A DNA stretch of 64,000 bases from Candidatus Latescibacterota bacterium (lineage in GTDB: Bacteria > Latescibacterota > UBA2968 > UBA8231): assembly GCA_965204725.1 (NCBI GenBank), contig OZ242005.1, positions 2,432,001 to 2,496,000 of the forward strand. Direction: 5' to 3'. The notes beneath the pieces were generated by a model, which was given only the letters and a program-made list of their open reading frames with translations, had not been told where the DNA came from and did not search any database. The number at the start of each line of letters is the position of its first letter. Position 1 is the first letter of the stretch. Positions 58,810 to 64,000 of the stretch are shown piece by piece. Position numbers and translations under genes: made by a program.

Positions 58810-59972
58810 TCCGTAGAGCTAATATCCATCCTGAAAGGCACCGGCGCGAAGAGGTCCGCGTACTGTGCAGGTACATCTATATCTGCTAAGGTGTGGTACG
58901 CATTTCCATCCGCCCGCCCGGCCACCCAAAAGCGACACCCCTCAGCGGCAAACTCCGCCAAGGCCGCGGCCAAGCCCCGCTCCCCATCGTCGTAATACTG
59001 GCCTTGTAAGAGCCGCACAGCCGTATCGTAGCCCAGCGCGAAATGGCAACCGCCAAAAAGCCGGGCTTTCTGCAAAAAGGTCGGCGACCGCGTCACCACC
59101 ACTGGGAAGCGACCGCGCATTTGCGCCAAACGGCTTTCCACGGCGCTCCTTTGCAGCGGGGGCTTATCGACATTTTCGATGGACAGTTCCAAGCTCGGCT
59201 GGCGACCGCTTAGTTGTCCCGCGGCGGCCGCCAGCCGCTCGTGTCCCTCGTGCAGCGGATTGAAAGACCCGGACAAGAGCAGGCGCTGACCGCGCTCGAC
59301 CTCGGGCGCGAACCCCCCGTCGGAGCGCGTTTCGACGACGTCCAACTCGCCCGCAAACAGCAAGCTCAGCGGATCGTCCAACGCCAGCACGCGCCGCGTA
59401 AGATGCGCGTATTCGGGCCGCGATTCACCGGCGACCGGGCCGCCGCCAGCTTCCACTAGAGCCTCCAAGGCCAAGCGGCTCAAGACCTCCTCTTGCGCCA
59501 AGCGGTCGGCCGCACCCTTTTCAAAGCGCAGCGTGTACAAGCGGTAGGAATCCTCCAAGCGCAGCGCGAGACAGCCCCGGTCCGGCCCGCGCCGCGGCCT
59601 GTTCGTCGCCAAGGCCGCACTACAGCCCACGCCGATGCAGCATTGCCCGCGCTCGGCCAAGGAAGCGGCCCGCACAAAGGCCCGGCCCGCCAGATCGCGC
59701 GCCGTTTGCTCGCTCGCCCGATGCGGCCCCGGCGCAGCCAAATACGCCGCAAGCGCTCGCTCGCTATAGGGCACTTGGGCTTCGACGATAGCGTGCGAGG
59801 CCCCGGGATGATTCAAGAGCCAGCTAATGAGTTCGCTGCCGCCGCCAGTGGTTGCGAGCGCCAGCTTAGTGCCGCTGTGCAATACGGCTTCGACCTGCGT
59901 CCAGATGTCGCGGGAGACGCGCAAGCCCTCGCTAAGCGCGGGATAAGGCCGCACCTCACTCATGGAAACCAT
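58791..59972 (-). CDS. CinA-like domain fused to HxGH nucleotidyltransferase (NadD-like)
   Basis: TGGG..LISWLL..PGAS...E..VPYS; [11 protein letters not shown]; NVDKPPL; GYDTAVRL; DISSTELR. Confidence 0.75.
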   Translation of the reverse strand: MVSMSEVRPYPALSEGLRVSRDIWTQVEAVLHSGTKLALATTGGGSELISWLLNHPGASHAIVEAQVPYSERALAAYLAAPGPHRASEQTARDLAGRAFVRAASLAERGQCCIGVGCSAALATNRPRRGPDRGCLALRLEDSYRLYTLRFEKGAADRLAQEEVLSRLALEALVEAGGGPVAGESRPEYAHLTRRVLALDDPLSLLFAGELDVVETRSDGGFAPEVERGQRLLLSGSFNPLHEGHERLAAAAGQLSGRQPSLELSIENVDKPPLQRSAVESRLAQMRGRFPVVVTRSPTFLQKARLFGGCHFALGYDTAVRLLQGQYYDDGERGLAAALAEFAAEGCRFWVAGRADGNAYHTLADIDVPAQYADLFAPVPFRMDISSTELRARG

Positions 59973-59975
59973 TCC

Positions 59976-60156
59976 TATAGCAATCCTACATCCTTCATAA
60001 GGGATGTTCTGCGTGGCGTTTTGGGTATGAGATACTTCGCTACGCTCAGTATGACAAGGGCTGGGGTACGAAGCCCCCGTCTCGGTGTCATGCTGAGCGC
60101 AGCGCAGCGCAGTCGAAGCATCTCTACATGCTTACAAGTCATTTAGGACGGCTATA
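59976..60156. mobile_element. Putative 181-bp MITE with TA ends, enclosing a REP-like inverted repeat
   Basis: Left end TATAGCAATCCTACAT; right end ATTTAGGACGGCTATA (13/16 inverted match). Internal arms GAGATACTTCGCTACGCTCAGTATGACA (60029-60056) and TGTCATGCTGAGCGCAG..CGAAGCATCTC (60086-60124). Confidence 0.65.
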
Positions 60157-60242
60157 TTTGCCGGTGGAGCGCCCATAATATCGCGCCTCCTCCTGCTTGT
60201 CAAACACCCGCAGCGCGACCATATTTTTGCCAGAGCCATCCA

Positions 60243-61100
60243 ATGAACATCGCCAAAGCCATTGTGCCGGTAGCCGGTCTAGGCACCCGACTCCTGCCCA
60301 CGACCAAAGCCTTGCCCAAGGAAATGCTGCCCGTGGGTCGCCTGCCGGTCGTCCACCGCGTCGTCGAAGAGCTAGCGGCTGCCGGCATCCGCCAAATCCT
60401 CTTCGTCACCGGGCGCGGCAAGCGCGCGATTGAGGATCACTTCGACGACAGCGGCGCGGCGGGCCACCCCTTGGGCTACCGCGAGCGCGGCATCGAGTTT
60501 TTCTCCGTGCGCCAACCTCAGCCCCCCGGGACCGGCACGGCGGTCGCGGCCGGGGAAACCTTCGCGGCCGGCGAGCCTTTTGTCGTGGCCTTTGGCGACA
60601 GCATCGTGCGCACCCACAGCGGCCGCCCCCTGTTGCAGCGCATGATCCACTCGCACCTGCGCCATCGCGCCGCCTGCACCATCGGCGCACACGAAGTGCC
60701 CCCAGAGCGGATGCACCACTACGGCATCTTGGTCCCCCAAGGGGCCTCGGCTGAAAATTCCAAGCTGACCGCGATCCTCGAAAAACCAACGCCCGAGCAA
60801 ACCGCTAGCCGCTTAGCCGTTAGTGCGCGCTACGTGTTTTCTCCGGCCATTTTTTCCCACCTCCGCGCCACTACACCCGCTGCGAGCGGGGAGATATACC
60901 TCACCGACGCGATTGCCGCCCTCATCGCCGCTGGGGGCCTAGTCCGCGCCGTGCGCTTGGGCAGCGACGAGCAGCGCTGCGACATTGGCAACCACCTCTC
61001 TTATTTGTTGAGCTTTGTCGATTACGCGCTCGACGACCCAGAATGGGGGGCGCAAATCCGCGCCTATCTGCGGGAAAAACTAGCCGACGACCCGTCTTGA
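60243..61100 (+). CDS. galU: UTP--glucose-1-phosphate uridylyltransferase family
   Basis: KAIVPVAGLGTRLLPTTKALPKEMLP, VTGRGKRAIEDHFD, EKP, GEIYLTDAI. Confidence 0.85.
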   Translation: MNIAKAIVPVAGLGTRLLPTTKALPKEMLPVGRLPVVHRVVEELAAAGIRQILFVTGRGKRAIEDHFDDSGAAGHPLGYRERGIEFFSVRQPQPPGTGTAVAAGETFAAGEPFVVAFGDSIVRTHSGRPLLQRMIHSHLRHRAACTIGAHEVPPERMHHYGILVPQGASAENSKLTAILEKPTPEQTASRLAVSARYVFSPAIFSHLRATTPAASGEIYLTDAIAALIAAGGLVRAVRLGSDEQRCDIGNHLSYLLSFVDYALDDPEWGAQIRAYLREKLADDPS

Positions 61101-61124
61101 CAGCCCTTGGCAAATCCATAATGT
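61097..61124 (+). promoter_or_regulatory. Possible sigma70 promoter of the reductase operon
   Basis: TTGACA-N16-TAATGT upstream of 61167. Confidence 0.4.
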
Positions 61125-61166
61125 TAGTAAGGTTCAATTAGACGCTAACCGCATAGGGGTTTACGC

Positions 61167-63410
<2,244 letters not shown>

Positions 63411-63416
63411 GGCTGC

Positions 63417-63995
63417 ATGGAAGCCCTACAGCGCATCAACGTCAAATTCTATCTCGAAGACCCCGAGTCCCTGTCGGCCCAAGCGGCCTTTCGCATCTTC
63501 AATAGTTGGATCCCGACGACTCCCGACGAAGTGCTCATCGACGTGGCCGACTACAGCCACCTCGCTGAGGGACCGCTGACCTTGCTCGTCGGCCACGAAG
63601 CCAACTACAGCCTCGACAACCACCGCGCCGAGTTGGGCTTGCTCTACTCGCGCAAACAACCCACCGCTGGCAGCCTGACCGAGCGGCTTGCCAGCGCGTT
63701 CAAAGCGGCCCTCACAGCCTGCCGCCGCCTCGAAGAAGAGCCCAGCCTAGCCGGCGCAGTAAAATTTCGCCGCGGCGATGTGCTCCTCGTAGCCAACGAC
63801 CGCCTCAACGCCACCAACGACCCAGCCGGCGAAAGCGCCCTGCGGGCCGCGCTCGGCCCGGTCCTCGCCCGGCTCTTTGCCGGGGCCGAGTACGCCGTGG
63901 AGCGCGACCCAGCCCCTCAGGCGCGCCTCAACCTGCGAATCCGCTGCCAGACCGATGCCGACGCGGCCACCCTGCTGGGCAATCTCGCCGCTTGA
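63417..63995 (+). CDS. Conserved hypothetical protein co-transcribed with the reductase
   Basis: 192-aa ORF 6 bp downstream; LIDVADYSH..GP..LLVGHEANYS and NDRL look like conserved blocks. Confidence 0.7.
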   Translation: MEALQRINVKFYLEDPESLSAQAAFRIFNSWIPTTPDEVLIDVADYSHLAEGPLTLLVGHEANYSLDNHRAELGLLYSRKQPTAGSLTERLASAFKAALTACRRLEEEPSLAGAVKFRRGDVLLVANDRLNATNDPAGESALRAALGPVLARLFAGAEYAVERDPAPQARLNLRIRCQTDADAATLLGNLAA

Positions 63996-64000
63996 CAGAG

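Overview
GC-rich bacterial chromosome segment from a diderm organism. The gene content (FlgD/CHU_C-tailed secreted proteins, a TWGQIK-tailed protein, PhyH-HEAT and MFS-HEAT fusions) suggests Latescibacterota or a related FCB-group lineage; this is inference only. Housekeeping genes (rplC, hinT, pcm, pyrK/pyrD, carB, nnr, galU, sulfite/nitrite reductase) are interleaved with accessory loci. Two things stand out. (1) Two paralogous cell-surface loci (1-9115 on +, 45926-58091 on -) are built from the same parts: a parvulin/SurA-like chaperone, a highly conserved ~890-aa Asp-rich putative outer-membrane protein, and discoidin-domain secreted proteins that all carry an FTPNGDGxND-like motif and end in VVY. 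I do not recognise this as a described secretion or surface-assembly system. (2) A tightly coupled four-gene candidate anti-phage operon (9246-18463): HamA-like nuclease, an SNF2 helicase with an extra N-terminal helical domain, a sacsin-like GHKL ATPase with a C-terminal Zn/HNH-like domain, and an AlbA_2/HATPase protein. Also present are two restriction-modification loci, a monocistronic rplC outside the S10 operon, several small repeats and a MITE, gene remnants, and a strong apparent CCWGG-to-CTWGG mutational signature. No rRNA, tRNA, CRISPR array, integrase or transposase was found. All assignments come from reading motifs by eye, not from database searches.
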